NCBI GenBank assembly: GCA_016182105.1
Contig: JACOXZ010000010.1
Location: forward strand, 1 to 62,631
Direction of reading: 5' to 3'
DNA: 62,631 nt
Origin: Candidatus Liptonbacteria bacterium
GTDB lineage: Bacteria; Patescibacteriota; Minisyncoccia; UBA6257; 2-01-FULL-56-20
Positions 22,856 through 33,242 of the stretch are shown piece by piece. Under the pieces are notes generated by a model. The model made no database searches. It was not told the DNA's origin and saw only the letters and a list, made by a program, of their open reading frames with translations. Position numbers and translations under genes: made by a program. Each line of letters starts with the position of its first letter. Positions within the stretch are counted from its first letter, which is position 1.

Positions 22856-23683
22856 TCATATTTTTCGGCGCAGAGTATAAAGTTCTGTCTTTGAAATCTC
22901 TTTGATCATTTCTTTATCCCATTTTCTCCAATCATCCCAAACCGCGCTTAGGAACTTGCCGGTAAGTCCATTAGAGACGCTCGAGGCAAGAAAAGTAGAG
23001 AGCTCGGCTGATTTTTCAGGGGCTACGCCGCCATCGGCTTTCTGCTTTAAGAGTTCTTGATATTTGGACTTCCCGACTTTTTTCTCGCCGGCTTTTAAAG
23101 CTTCTTCGAGGAAACTTGTGTTTACAGGACCAGGAGCGATGCAGTTTATATCAATTCCAAAATCTCTGACTTCAGCAGCGATGGTTTCGGTTAAGCGAAC
23201 AATGGCAACTTTTGAGGAATTATAAGCGCTGAAGTTAGGGAGAGGGCCGTCGCCGCCTCCGGAGAAATTAATAATTTTTCCGGATCGATTTTTGATCATC
23301 AAAGGCAGGACTTCGCGGATCATGTGGAAGGTTCCAAAAACATTGATTTCATAAGTTTTTCGCCAAAGATCAACGTCAATCTCTGAGGTGGGGCCGATTG
23401 GACCGTAGATTCCAGCGGCATTAACTAAGATATCGATTTTGCCGAATGTCTTCTTGGCTTCCTCGACTAAAGATTTAACCAAAGCATAATTTGAAACGTC
23501 AGCGGGGAAGACGGCGGGGGCGGGGAAATCTTTCTTCAAGTCAGACCGGGCTTTTTCGAGCTCATCCCTGGATCGAGCCGAGAGCATTACTTTAACGCCT
23601 TCCTTAAGAAAGGAACGGGCAACAGCCAAGCCGATGCCGCGGCTGCCGCCGGTGATCAAAGCAATTTTACCCTCGAGAATCAT
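22856..23683 (-). CDS. short-chain dehydrogenase/reductase (SDR)
   Basis: KIALITGGSRGIGLAVA...YNSSK. Confidence 0.9.
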   Translation of the reverse strand: MILEGKIALITGGSRGIGLAVARSFLKEGVKVMLSARSRDELEKARSDLKKDFPAPAVFPADVSNYALVKSLVEEAKKTFGKIDILVNAAGIYGPIGPTSEIDVDLWRKTYEINVFGTFHMIREVLPLMIKNRSGKIINFSGGGDGPLPNFSAYNSSKVAIVRLTETIAAEVRDFGIDINCIAPGPVNTSFLEEALKAGEKKVGKSKYQELLKQKADGGVAPEKSAELSTFLASSVSNGLTGKFLSAVWDDWRKWDKEMIKEISKTELYTLRRKI

Positions 23684-23687
23684 GGCA

Positions 23688-24998
23688 TTAATTTTTCCGA
23701 CCGATGCCTAAATAGCGAAAACCTGATGCGTTAATTTCTCTTTCTTTATCCCACAGGAAATTGGAGGTGTCAAAAAAAACAGCTTGGGGTTTTACTGAAG
23801 CACCGAGTTTTTTAAAATCCAGATTTTTAAAGACCGGCCAAGGAGTAAGGAGGATTACGGCGTCGGAATCCCGAACAGACTCATAGGGGTCACGAAAGAA
23901 GTCAAAGCGACCAACAATGGAAAGCTCACTCTCGTCCACTTCTGGGTCAGAAAGCCGAAGAGAGGCGCCGGCATCTTTAAGGGCCTGGGCGATTTCTACG
24001 GCTCTTGAACGGCGGAGGGTGCGGGTGCCTGGCTTATAAGTCAAACCTAAAAGAGCAAGCGACTTTCCGTTTAAACCACCTATGGCTCCTGAAATCTTTT
24101 GAATAATTAGGTCTTTACGGGAAAGATTTTTTCTGAATACGCTCGAGATCACTGGAAGCGGCGAGTTAAACTTTTCGGAAGCAGCCACTAAAACTTTAAG
24201 ATCGCGGCTAAGAGTGCCGCCGGAGAAACCCAAGCCGGCATCAAGAAATGCTTTAGGACCAATCCTCGACTCTGAACGGAGGGCTCGAGTCACATCCAGG
24301 ATATCGGCTCCGGTTTTTTCGCAAAGATCGGCAATATCATTAATGAAACTCACTGAAGTCGCGAGGAAGGCGTTTACGGCGTGTTTCGCCATTTCAGCCG
24401 AAGCCGGCGACATTTCCAAAAAATCAGCCTGGAGCTTAGAAAAAATGAGCCGAGCCTCCTTAAAAGTTTCGGCCTCGTAGCCGCCGACCACAATTCGGCC
24501 GGGCTCCATAAAACAACGGAGAGCTTCGCCAAGGCGCAAATTTTCTGGAATATAAAGGTAGGATAATTTTAGATCGGAACGGCTTCGTCTTAAGAAGTCA
24601 CGGATCTCGTCGGAAGTGCCGACGGGAATTTGACTTGAGACAATAAGAAGCGCGGAGGTCGAGAGATAAGGCAGGGATTTCTTGAGGGCATCCCAGATAG
24701 GCGAGAGGTCAACTTCATCGTCTTCGCTTACTGGCGTGTCAAAAGTGAGCCATAAAACATCGGCTTGGCTAATTTCCGAAAAATCAACGGAATAGCGGAG
24801 ACGGCCTTCGGATTGATTTTTTAGGATTAGCTCTTTTAGGCCCGGCTCGGGAAGAGGCGGTTCGCCTTTTTTGAAATTAGCGACGAGCGCCTCGTCTTCC
24901 GAGATGCCGATGACTTCATGGCCCAGCTCGGCAAGACCAGCAGAGTAAATTTCGCCAAGGTGCCAAAGCCCAAGAATGGCGATTCTGAAAGGCTCCAT
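23688..24998 (-). CDS. nucleotide-sugar 6-dehydrogenase (UDP-glucose/GDP-mannose dehydrogenase family)
   Basis: 436 aa. IAILGLWHLGEIYSAGLAELGHEVIG and the typical three-domain length. Confidence 0.85.
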   Translation of the reverse strand: MEPFRIAILGLWHLGEIYSAGLAELGHEVIGISEDEALVANFKKGEPPLPEPGLKELILKNQSEGRLRYSVDFSEISQADVLWLTFDTPVSEDDEVDLSPIWDALKKSLPYLSTSALLIVSSQIPVGTSDEIRDFLRRSRSDLKLSYLYIPENLRLGEALRCFMEPGRIVVGGYEAETFKEARLIFSKLQADFLEMSPASAEMAKHAVNAFLATSVSFINDIADLCEKTGADILDVTRALRSESRIGPKAFLDAGLGFSGGTLSRDLKVLVAASEKFNSPLPVISSVFRKNLSRKDLIIQKISGAIGGLNGKSLALLGLTYKPGTRTLRRSRAVEIAQALKDAGASLRLSDPEVDESELSIVGRFDFFRDPYESVRDSDAVILLTPWPVFKNLDFKKLGASVKPQAVFFDTSNFLWDKEREINASGFRYLGIGRKN

Positions 24999-25004
24999 AA
25001 AATA

Positions 25005-25991
25005 TTAGAAATCAACGAGCACCTTGGATCCTTCAAAATCAAAGTGGTAGCGCATCTCGCGAAGTCCCAATTGCTTCATTATTTCTTTAAATTTCTTGTG
25101 ATTTTTCGGAACATAGAAGGTGAAAAAGCCGCCGCCGCCCGCTCCTGAAATTTTTCCGCCCAAAGCGCCGTTCTCGAGAGCCGTATCGTATATCTTATCG
25201 AAACGCTCATTGGACATCTTACTTGAAGTTTTCTTTTTATGCTGCCAATGGGCGTGGAAAAGACGGCCAACCTCATCTATCTCGCCATCCTCCACCGCTT
25301 CAAGGGTTTCTCGACCGAGTTGTTTTATATAATGCATGCTTTCTATTACTTCTTTCTTCTCCTCGGCCACGGCCCTAGACTGTTCTTCGAGGATATCGTC
25401 CGCGCTCCGCGTGACCCCGGTAAAGAAAATAAGGAGGTTGCGGTTTAAGGCGTCGCTTGTCTCGTCAGAGACATTCGCTTTGCGGACCTTCACGGAGCTG
25501 TCCTTTCCGATCTCGAGGACGGTAAGCCCGCCAAAGGCGGCGAGATAAGGGTCCTGCTTGCCGATAGGACGCTTAAGGATACTCGCCTCCAGTTTAAAGT
25601 CTTCTTCCGCCAAGTCGCGGAGGGGGACGTACTCACGCTTCATCACATGAAGGGCGTGGAGAAGACCAACGGTGTAGCAACTCGAGGAACCCAAGCCAGT
25701 ACCAGCTGAGATATCGGCAATCGAGCTTATCTCAATTCCCTTTTCGATCCCTAGCATCCGGAGGGTCTCTCGGGCAATCTCGTGCTGGATCTCGGATAGA
25801 CGTTCCACTGTCTCTGACTTTGAGTATTTAAGCCGGATCAGGTCGTCGACAACCGGCCGGTTCACGCTCACGAACATATACTTGTCAAGGCCGGCTGAAA
25901 AAATAAAACCGCCGTACTTGGAGTAATAAGACGGCAAGTCCGTACCGCCGCCGCCGAGCGTTACTCGAAAGGGTGTTCTTGTAACTATCAT
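25005..25991 (-). CDS. GHMP-family sugar kinase (HddA-like heptose-7-P kinase candidate)
   Basis: TPFRVTLGGGGTDLPSYY...GTGLGSSS...GKISGAGGGGF. Confidence 0.8.
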   Translation of the reverse strand: MIVTRTPFRVTLGGGGTDLPSYYSKYGGFIFSAGLDKYMFVSVNRPVVDDLIRLKYSKSETVERLSEIQHEIARETLRMLGIEKGIEISSIADISAGTGLGSSSCYTVGLLHALHVMKREYVPLRDLAEEDFKLEASILKRPIGKQDPYLAAFGGLTVLEIGKDSSVKVRKANVSDETSDALNRNLLIFFTGVTRSADDILEEQSRAVAEEKKEVIESMHYIKQLGRETLEAVEDGEIDEVGRLFHAHWQHKKKTSSKMSNERFDKIYDTALENGALGGKISGAGGGGFFTFYVPKNHKKFKEIMKQLGLREMRYHFDFEGSKVLVDF

Positions 25992-26034
25992 TTTAAAAAT
26001 TCAATCTAATAATAAAGTGGAGATTGGGAATTGT

Positions 26035-26970
26035 CTATTTGATATTGCCCTTCTTAAATTCATTTTTGACGTAATCCACCATGCCGCGGAGGCCGTCTTC
26101 TAAATTCGTCTTAGGCAACCAGCCCATCTCTTTGGCGCGCCTATTGTCCGCCAAGCTCGTTTCTGCCCCATCTTCCGGAGCCGGCTTGTGCACGGGCTTC
26201 AAATTCGATCCCATTATTCTTGCCACAATGTCGTAGAGTTCAAGAATCGAGTAATTTTTTCCCGTTCCCAGATTGAACACGCGGTTATCCACGCGGGAAT
26301 CCTTTATGCAAAGCAAATGGAAGTCATTGATGTCGTCCACGTGAATAAAGTCGTACCGCTTTGTGCCGTCGCCGAAAATAATCGGCTGCTCGCCTTTCAA
26401 AAACTTGATGATAAACGCGCTCGCAACTGGAGGAATCGTGCGGCGGTAATCCTGCCGCGGACCGTAGACATTAAAATAGCGAAGGCCGACGGTTTTTAAG
26501 CCATAAAATTGCTGGTATGCTTTCGCGAAAAGATGGTTGCACAGTTTGCTTATGCCATAAAAGGTTTCTGGCATTACTTCGTCTTCCGGCGTCGGCATTG
26601 TTTTTATTTTTTCATACATCGCGGCAGATTCCGCATACACCACCTTTTTCACGCCTGCCCGCCGCGCGGCATCGAAAATATTCGCCGTACCGGTAACGTT
26701 TATATCCGCGGTACCCACCGGATCCTTCTGACAATCAGGGATACAATTTTTAGCGGCTAAGTGGAAAACGAAATCAATGCCTTGGAAGAACGGATAAATT
26801 TCTTTGGAGCGAATGTCTCCATGACGAAGTTCAACTTCTTTCGGAACTTGCTCGGGCACGCCGTGGACCAGCGTGTCAAGACCGACAACATTATGTCCTT
26901 CACCGAGGAGGCGGTCGGCAAGATTGCTGCCGATGAAGCCGGCGACGCCGGTTATAAGAACTCGCGCCAT
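26035..26970 (-). CDS. NAD-dependent epimerase/dehydratase (extended SDR)
   Basis: RVLITGVAGFIGSNLADRL...YGISK. Confidence 0.85.
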   Translation of the reverse strand: MARVLITGVAGFIGSNLADRLLGEGHNVVGLDTLVHGVPEQVPKEVELRHGDIRSKEIYPFFQGIDFVFHLAAKNCIPDCQKDPVGTADINVTGTANIFDAARRAGVKKVVYAESAAMYEKIKTMPTPEDEVMPETFYGISKLCNHLFAKAYQQFYGLKTVGLRYFNVYGPRQDYRRTIPPVASAFIIKFLKGEQPIIFGDGTKRYDFIHVDDINDFHLLCIKDSRVDNRVFNLGTGKNYSILELYDIVARIMGSNLKPVHKPAPEDGAETSLADNRRAKEMGWLPKTNLEDGLRGMVDYVKNEFKKGNIK

Positions 26971-27017
26971 AATAGTTTACAGCGTATAACTGCCTTGCTT
27001 ACGTGTCAAAGAAAAGA

Positions 27018-27905
27018 TCAACCGCGAGCCCTATCAGCACACGCAACAAGTCTTCTCCTTCTATTTAGTAAATAAAGAGCGTGTAAGAATTTCGCGAATA
27101 CATTATCACCCGTCATCAGCTTCCCGAGTACTATCCGCATTTTACGACTTCGCTCCAGCCGTCTTATTTTATATTTTCTAATCTCCGCTTCGTTCATCCA
27201 AGTTTTTACAAGTTGCAAGATGCGCAAATAATCCTCTTGAGACTTTTGCAGATATTGGGGCCGGTTGGTGAAACTCTCGGGGTGGAGACGGCAATAACCA
27301 AGCGCCTTGTTCATATAACAAAAATTTACTTTGCGGTATGCAAATTTTAACCACAAATACTGCTCATCAGCCCAACGATACTCCGGCCCGAAGCCGCCGT
27401 ATTTTTCAAAGACATCTTTACGCACCACCACGCCTAGGGGATTAATAAAATTTGACACGAGCAGTTTCTCGAAGAGGTGCCCCGAAGGGTGTTCCATCTT
27501 AAAATAATAAGTTTTGCCAGGGTCATTGTGAAAAAAATGATAGACTTTGCAGTAACAAAAATCGCAGACCGGATGCGCTTCAAGGTAGCCTACCTGTAGA
27601 GAAAGCTTGTCCGGCAGAAAAAAGTCGTCGGCATCAAGAAGGGCGATATACTTGCCTTTTGCCGCCGCAATGCCGGCGTTGCGAGCAGTTGACTGCCCGC
27701 TGTTCTTCTGGCGGATATACTTCACCCTATGGTCAGAAAACGCGCGCACCGCCGTCTCCGTCTCGTCGGTTGAACCATCGTCAATAATAATGTGCTCGAA
27801 GTTCTGGTATGTCTGAGCAAGAACACTGCGTATTGTATCTCCAAGATAAACTACGGCATTATATGCCGGAGTGATAACCGATACGAGGGGCTTGCCGTTC
27901 TCCAC
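27018..27905 (-). CDS. glycosyltransferase family 2
   Basis: VSVITPAYNAVVYLGDTIRSVLAQTYQNFEHIIIDDGSTDET. Confidence 0.9.
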   Translation of the reverse strand: MENGKPLVSVITPAYNAVVYLGDTIRSVLAQTYQNFEHIIIDDGSTDETETAVRAFSDHRVKYIRQKNSGQSTARNAGIAAAKGKYIALLDADDFFLPDKLSLQVGYLEAHPVCDFCYCKVYHFFHNDPGKTYYFKMEHPSGHLFEKLLVSNFINPLGVVVRKDVFEKYGGFGPEYRWADEQYLWLKFAYRKVNFCYMNKALGYCRLHPESFTNRPQYLQKSQEDYLRILQLVKTWMNEAEIRKYKIRRLERSRKMRIVLGKLMTGDNVFAKFLHALYLLNRRRRLVACADRARG

Positions 27906-27916
27906 CTACCAAAAAC

Positions 27917-29008
27917 TTACTGCATCTCGACTCGTCCCTTTTTTAATTCAATGGGAACCTGCTTCATTTTTAGTTTATCTTCCCACCAACTTCTGTTCTG
28001 TTTGTACCAATCAACCGTCAATCGCATACCGTCTTCGAAAGTCGTTCTCGGCTGCCATCCGAGCGCTGTTTTGATTTTCTTGAAATCGGCGGCGTGGCGG
28101 GAAACCTGACCGGGCCTGTCGCTTGTCGAAACCACCTGTACACCGCCCTTCGCCCCATTTACCGGCTCCACCATCTTCAAAACCAGATTAGCGATATACT
28201 TTATTGACACCCCTCTGCCGTTCCCGACGTTAAACACCTCCCCCACCACCTTTTCAGCAGACGCATGGAGCACGAGGTCAATCGCCCGAGCCACATCGTC
28301 AACATATGTAAAATCTCGCTGGCTTTCACCGGTTCCGTGAACGGTCAGCGGCTCGCCAATAATGCGGCTCGTGATAAAGCGGGGTATAACCTTCTCCGGG
28401 TGCTGGCGTGGCCCGAACAGATTGAACGACCGGATGATGACGCTGGGAATCTGATAACTCATATGGTAGGCGTAGATCAAGCGATCGGCGCCGGTTTTCG
28501 ATGCCGCGTATGGACTTTGGGGATTCAGGGGATGGTTTTCATCTATTAGTTCGCTCTCCGCCGTGCCGTATACTTCGCTCGTAGAAAAATGAATAAATCG
28601 CTCCACCTTGTCGCGGTTGCGGTGGACAGCGGTAGCCACCCGCTCGGTACCTAAGACGTTCGTTTCAAAAAAAATCTCGCCATCGGCGATGGAGCGCGCT
28701 ACATGTGTCTCCGCGGCAAAATGGATTACGTAATCAGCCTTCGCTACAAGATCGTCCACAACTTTTTTATCTCGTACGTCGCCTTTTACAAAAGTAAAGT
28801 TCCGGGACTTCTGAATTTCCTCGGTAATATCCCGCATATCCCCTGCGTAGGTCAGGGCATCCAAAACAACGTAATGGTAGTCGGGGTATTTGCGAAAAAA
28901 ATATGCAAGCACGTTGCTCCCCACAAATCCCGCGCCGCCCGTGATAAGAACAGTCTTGGACTGCGAAGCCATGTTTGTCATTCTACGATTTAAAAATCCG
29001 AGGGTCAA
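27917..29008 (-). CDS. rfbB: dTDP-glucose 4,6-dehydratase
   Basis: TVLITGGAGFVGSN...VVLDALTYAGD...YAASK. The true start is probably an internal Met (MASQSK). Confidence 0.85.
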   Translation of the reverse strand: MTLGFLNRRMTNMASQSKTVLITGGAGFVGSNVLAYFFRKYPDYHYVVLDALTYAGDMRDITEEIQKSRNFTFVKGDVRDKKVVDDLVAKADYVIHFAAETHVARSIADGEIFFETNVLGTERVATAVHRNRDKVERFIHFSTSEVYGTAESELIDENHPLNPQSPYAASKTGADRLIYAYHMSYQIPSVIIRSFNLFGPRQHPEKVIPRFITSRIIGEPLTVHGTGESQRDFTYVDDVARAIDLVLHASAEKVVGEVFNVGNGRGVSIKYIANLVLKMVEPVNGAKGGVQVVSTSDRPGQVSRHAADFKKIKTALGWQPRTTFEDGMRLTVDWYKQNRSWWEDKLKMKQVPIELKKGRVEMQ

Positions 29009-29018
29009 ACGCAGATCG

Positions 29019-29723
29019 CTACATCCCTCGCTCCGCCTCCTTCATCCACACGTCCAAGATTTTAGTTTCGCGGCCCACTAAAGATTTTTCCAAGATGCGA
29101 CGGATGACCGTATGGTAATCAACGTCCTTCACGACTTTCTTGGCGTAGGCTACAATGTTCGGCAAATTATTGAATCCGAGGGGGCCGAGTTTCTTTAAAA
29201 GTCTTTCTTGCTTTGAGATAAATGTGTCTTTGAGCACTGGGAATTTAGACTCGACATTATTTGAAATTTTCTCGAATCGGAAATCACCATAGCCTAACTC
29301 ACGGAGCACTAAACGGTATTTATTTTCCGACCAGAAATCTTTGTGGTACGCCCAATCGGCCTCGTGAGAACCGAAGATATGGCGAGCGAGCTGGAACTGG
29401 TCGTCAAGGTTTCCCTTCAAGAATTTTCTTGCCGATTCCTCAAAGTCGGGCGTCTCTAAGCGTAAAAGCCCGTCCATCTTGAGCCATTTGTGCCATCGGG
29501 CTAAAAGAAGCAATGCCTCTTGGCGTGAGAAATGCTCAAGGAGATGGTGCGAGCGGATTTCATCCACGCTCTCCGCGGGATAAGACAAATCTCTCACGTC
29601 CGCCTCCACATCAACCTTGGCTTTGCGGACGGTATGCGCCTCGTGGGGAAGGTCGATGTTAATGTAGCCGGGTAGATATTTTTCCTGGCAGCCCAAATGC
29701 AGTTTAATCGGTTTCTGGTTCAT
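29019..29723 (-). CDS. class I SAM-methyltransferase-like protein
   Basis: KLHLGCQEKYLPGYINIDL resembles the LNLGCG...NiD start of Methyltransf_11/23-type proteins. Tentative. Confidence 0.5.
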   Translation of the reverse strand: MNQKPIKLHLGCQEKYLPGYINIDLPHEAHTVRKAKVDVEADVRDLSYPAESVDEIRSHHLLEHFSRQEALLLLARWHKWLKMDGLLRLETPDFEESARKFLKGNLDDQFQLARHIFGSHEADWAYHKDFWSENKYRLVLRELGYGDFRFEKISNNVESKFPVLKDTFISKQERLLKKLGPLGFNNLPNIVAYAKKVVKDVDYHTVIRRILEKSLVGRETKILDVWMKEAERGM

Positions 29724-29726
29724 GGT

Positions 29727-30788
29727 TTAGCTCAATCCGATTTTTGAAAAAATTTTCTGGAAGCGCTTTTCGTAGGTATGATCTTTTATTGTGTGGTTAT
29801 AGGCCGCTTTCGCAATCGCTTCGCGCTCGGCATCGTGCGGCAGGAAACGCTTAATTTTCTCGATAAGCTCCGCGGTTGATCTGTAGCAGACTATCTCTTT
29901 GTCTTCTTTATAGTATTTACCAATATCTTCTGACCAGCCGGAAATCACGAATGCCTGGCAACCGGCGAGTTCAAAGGGACGGGCATGTGTATGAATAGTA
30001 GGAAAATGAAGATATGCCTTGAGATTATCCACGAAGTGAAAATCTGGAACGATGCGGTTCACGGATATCCTTAAAAATAGTCGGCCAATTACTGACGGAT
30101 CCCATAAACTCTTGCGGTCGGTGAGGTTCAAGCAAATTTTACTCCGCCCGAAGATTTTGAGCATTCCTTCGTGCGAGACTTTTCCGTTCGGCCATCCGAA
30201 CCCGAAACATTGAACATTAATACCAGCACGGCGAAGCGCGTCAATCACTTTGGTGCGGCCCGATTTATGCTGGCCCACAAAACTTACATCAATATCTTTT
30301 TTTATCTCAACCGGCTTATAGAACGAGGTGTTGCACGCCCATTGGGAAAGAATGACGTTTTCGTGTCCCGCCACGCGATACCAATCCACTGCGCGCGAAT
30401 AAGTTGTCACAACATACGTGAAATACGGCGGCCAGTGTTTGGAATAATTAAAAAACCGCCAATAGTCATCCGCGAACCAGGCGATACTTTTCGTAATTTT
30501 TTTTATTTCCAGAAGAACACGTGGACTAAGTTCGTCGGTATACATGAACGCGAAAAATAAGTCTGGTTTCTTTGTTTTTACAAGCATGAGCAGTTCATTA
30601 TTAAACTTCTCGCGCCCAACATGAATTATCTGGTCATATGGACACTCTATAACCTCCACGTTCGGCATATTTTTAAGCGTCAGATAAAAATTCTGGTATT
30701 CAAAACTGTTGGCGCGGCGGGCGTCATAATTCTCGTTGCGAATCCCCGCATAAACTATTCTGAGCTTGTTTTGCAAAATCATATTCAA
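29727..30788 (-). CDS. CgeB-like / GT1-related glycosyltransferase
   Basis: 353 aa. DVSFVGQHKSGR...GINVQCFGFGW...KICLNL pattern seen in CgeB/DUF3880-type proteins. Tentative. Confidence 0.55.
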   Translation of the reverse strand: MNMILQNKLRIVYAGIRNENYDARRANSFEYQNFYLTLKNMPNVEVIECPYDQIIHVGREKFNNELLMLVKTKKPDLFFAFMYTDELSPRVLLEIKKITKSIAWFADDYWRFFNYSKHWPPYFTYVVTTYSRAVDWYRVAGHENVILSQWACNTSFYKPVEIKKDIDVSFVGQHKSGRTKVIDALRRAGINVQCFGFGWPNGKVSHEGMLKIFGRSKICLNLTDRKSLWDPSVIGRLFLRISVNRIVPDFHFVDNLKAYLHFPTIHTHARPFELAGCQAFVISGWSEDIGKYYKEDKEIVCYRSTAELIEKIKRFLPHDAEREAIAKAAYNHTIKDHTYEKRFQKIFSKIGLS

Positions 30789-30795
30789 TTGAAAA

Positions 30796-32073
30796 TTAAA
30801 ATCTTGCCCTAAATTTCTCGCGTGGATAAGAATCGGTTTGTCGCAAATATGCGACGAGTGACTTCAATTTTTCGAGAACCATTTCGGTCGTCACGGCCGC
30901 AACGCAAGGAGAGGACATATTATACGGGACACTAAAAGCGCAATGCCAATTGTCGTTGTAGCACTCAGTTCTCTTGTATACCCACATATTTATGTCTTTA
31001 TAGCCATAAAGAACAGAAAGGCCAAATTTCCCGCCGCCGCTAATGCCGAGGGACGGCTTCTTGAGGGCAATTGCGACATGAATCGTCGAGGTGTCGTTCG
31101 CAACGACGAGTGCGCAGTGTTTTACGAGAGCGGTCATCTCACGAAACGACGTTTCGCCAGCCAGATTCTTTGTAGGCGCGCCGCAATTTTCCTGGAATTC
31201 TTTCACGCGCGCGAATTCTCCCCCTGAACCCACGAGTGCTATGTCAAATCCTTCGCCCGCAAGGAATTCTGCTATTTTTAGAAAACGCTCGGCTGGCCAC
31301 GTTCTGCAGGGGGCATTGCAGTTGATATTCAAGACCGCGTATGACTTTGGCTTAAGGCCGAATTTTTGCGTTACCGCTTTCGTTTGCCTATCGGAATCAA
31401 AACCGGGCAATATCGTGGCATAATCCTCTTCTTTGAATCCGGTTGTTGCTTCATATATCGCCACATATTGTTGCAGTATACTGGCCAATGTTCCTTCCTT
31501 TCCCATATCTTCATGAATGGACGGAATCAATTTCGTATAACGCGGCAATATTTTTTCTTTTATAAACTTGAGCTGCTTTTTCTGCTGAACGTCGTGCGGT
31601 TTTTGGAATTCCATCTCCTGACCTTCGTGACCAATGATTTCTTTTGCGCCAACGCCGACCGCAATAATTTTTCCTATAATCTCTGGCACGGTGAAATCGT
31701 GATTGATAACTTTGGAAAAACCGATGCGGCGCAGTTTGTTAATAAATTTAAAGCCGTAAAATGGATCAACAGCGAACTTCTTGTATTGTATGGTTAAAAC
31801 CTCGTCTACGAAGTTTTTAAAAACTTTTTCCATTCCCATTCCATCATTAATAAGCAGGAAAATTTTTATATTGGGAAATTTTTTTTTGTAATGCTTAAGG
31901 ACGGAGGTAAAGATAACGAGATCGCCCATGGCCTCCAAGTTTATGATGAGCATCCTCCCTTCATAACCGGAGGAGTTGACCGGGGCCGCGCGAAGAAACA
32001 AAAGAAATGACCGTAACGCGCCCGCCCCGCGTTTTATAAAAAACTTCAGATAGCTTTCTGTATGTCGAAACAT
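30796..32073 (-). CDS. glycosyltransferase family 9 (heptosyltransferase-like)
   Basis: LIINLEAMGDLVIFTSVLKHYKKKFP at the N-terminus and a C-terminal VGSGGE...NDTSTIHVA pattern typical of GT9. Confidence 0.75.
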   Translation of the reverse strand: MFRHTESYLKFFIKRGAGALRSFLLFLRAAPVNSSGYEGRMLIINLEAMGDLVIFTSVLKHYKKKFPNIKIFLLINDGMGMEKVFKNFVDEVLTIQYKKFAVDPFYGFKFINKLRRIGFSKVINHDFTVPEIIGKIIAVGVGAKEIIGHEGQEMEFQKPHDVQQKKQLKFIKEKILPRYTKLIPSIHEDMGKEGTLASILQQYVAIYEATTGFKEEDYATILPGFDSDRQTKAVTQKFGLKPKSYAVLNINCNAPCRTWPAERFLKIAEFLAGEGFDIALVGSGGEFARVKEFQENCGAPTKNLAGETSFREMTALVKHCALVVANDTSTIHVAIALKKPSLGISGGGKFGLSVLYGYKDINMWVYKRTECYNDNWHCAFSVPYNMSSPCVAAVTTEMVLEKLKSLVAYLRQTDSYPREKFRARF

Positions 32074-32076
32074 TCT

Positions 32077-33072
32077 TTAATCAAGAAAAGGCTTTAAATC
32101 GGAGGGTTGGACAACGGCCGTTCCCCGACGACCAACTACTATTCCACCGGCATGATTTGCCACTTCTGCCGCTTTAAATAGCGGCACACCAGCGCCAAGC
32201 ATAAGGGCAAGAACGGCAACAACCGTATCACCGGCCCCCGTTACATCAAAAACATGTAATGGGCGATTTACAACATGAGCTGCCTTACTAAGCTTATTGT
32301 CGTACGCCGTAAGCCCGTTACTGCCTCTTGTCAGCACCACGGAAGCATTAAGCCGTTTGGAAAGCCGGCGTGCAGCATTAGCCGCCCCTTTGTCGGTCGA
32401 GGTATCAACGCCGGCAAAGAAACGCCCTTCGTTTGCGTTCATGGTAATAGTATTTATACCCTTAAAAAGTCCGATATCTATGCCTTTAAAAGCAAGAGTA
32501 CCCATCTGTGCAATAGGCATGGGCTTTATGTTCGCTACTATCTTCTTCCCCGCAAAACGCTTTTTAATAGCTCTTATCGCGGCTTCCGTAACAAATCCTT
32601 TGGCGTAATCGGATATCACAACCAGATCCTGACCGTGAAGATTTCCCAGAAGACGTACAGCTTTCTTTTCTGTAACCTTCGAGATCTCGCCGATTTTTTC
32701 TCGATCGATTCTTAATAGCAAATGCTGACCTGAAACCGTTCTCACCTTTGTAGAAGTAGGACGCTTCGGCTCGTGCAAGAAACGCGGAACGATGGCACTT
32801 CTACGACAGAGCCCACGAACGAAATCCTCCTCGCTATCATTGCCGACATTACCCATAAGAGTTACCCGGCCACCAAGCGCAGCGATATTTGCCGCGACAT
32901 TCCCGGCGCCTCCTAACGAATATTCACGCGATCTTTCAAGCACTATCGGCACCGGCGCCTCGGGAGAAATCCTCTCGACATCTCCCTGAATGTATAAATC
33001 CAGCATGACATCACCAAAAACGAGAATCTTGGTGGTTTTGAACTTTTTGACTATTTCCTGATATTTTGACAT
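32077..33072 (-). CDS. hldA: D-beta-D-heptose 7-phosphate kinase (RfaE domain I-type PfkB kinase)
   Basis: ILVFGDVMLDLYIQGDVERISPEAPVPIV...TGAGDTV. Confidence 0.85.
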   Translation of the reverse strand: MSKYQEIVKKFKTTKILVFGDVMLDLYIQGDVERISPEAPVPIVLERSREYSLGGAGNVAANIAALGGRVTLMGNVGNDSEEDFVRGLCRRSAIVPRFLHEPKRPTSTKVRTVSGQHLLLRIDREKIGEISKVTEKKAVRLLGNLHGQDLVVISDYAKGFVTEAAIRAIKKRFAGKKIVANIKPMPIAQMGTLAFKGIDIGLFKGINTITMNANEGRFFAGVDTSTDKGAANAARRLSKRLNASVVLTRGSNGLTAYDNKLSKAAHVVNRPLHVFDVTGAGDTVVAVLALMLGAGVPLFKAAEVANHAGGIVVGRRGTAVVQPSDLKPFLD

Positions 33073-33106
33073 ATCATAGACAAAAACTTACTTTTTACGT
33101 CACTTA

Positions 33107-33134
33107 ATAATACAAAAAATCCATAAAAACTCAA
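33107..33134 (-). promoter_or_regulatory. sigma70-type promoter of the 33072-18294 operon series
   Basis: Minus sense TTGAGT-16 nt-TATTAT. It shares the 15-mer TTGAGTTTTTATGGA with the promoter at 37344-37371. Confidence 0.65.
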
Positions 33135-33148
33135 CGAAAATCCGAAAC

Positions 33149-33176
33149 TTGACAATCTGTATACAATAGTTATAAT
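33149..33176 (+). promoter_or_regulatory. sigma70-type promoter of the EEP gene
   Basis: TTGACA-16 nt-TATAAT, then an AAGGGAGGG RBS. Confidence 0.65.
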
Positions 33177-33242
33177 TAAGGAAGATTCGATTGGCGCTTT
33201 CTAGGGTCAAACCGAAAATATTGAAAACCAAGGGAGGGTATT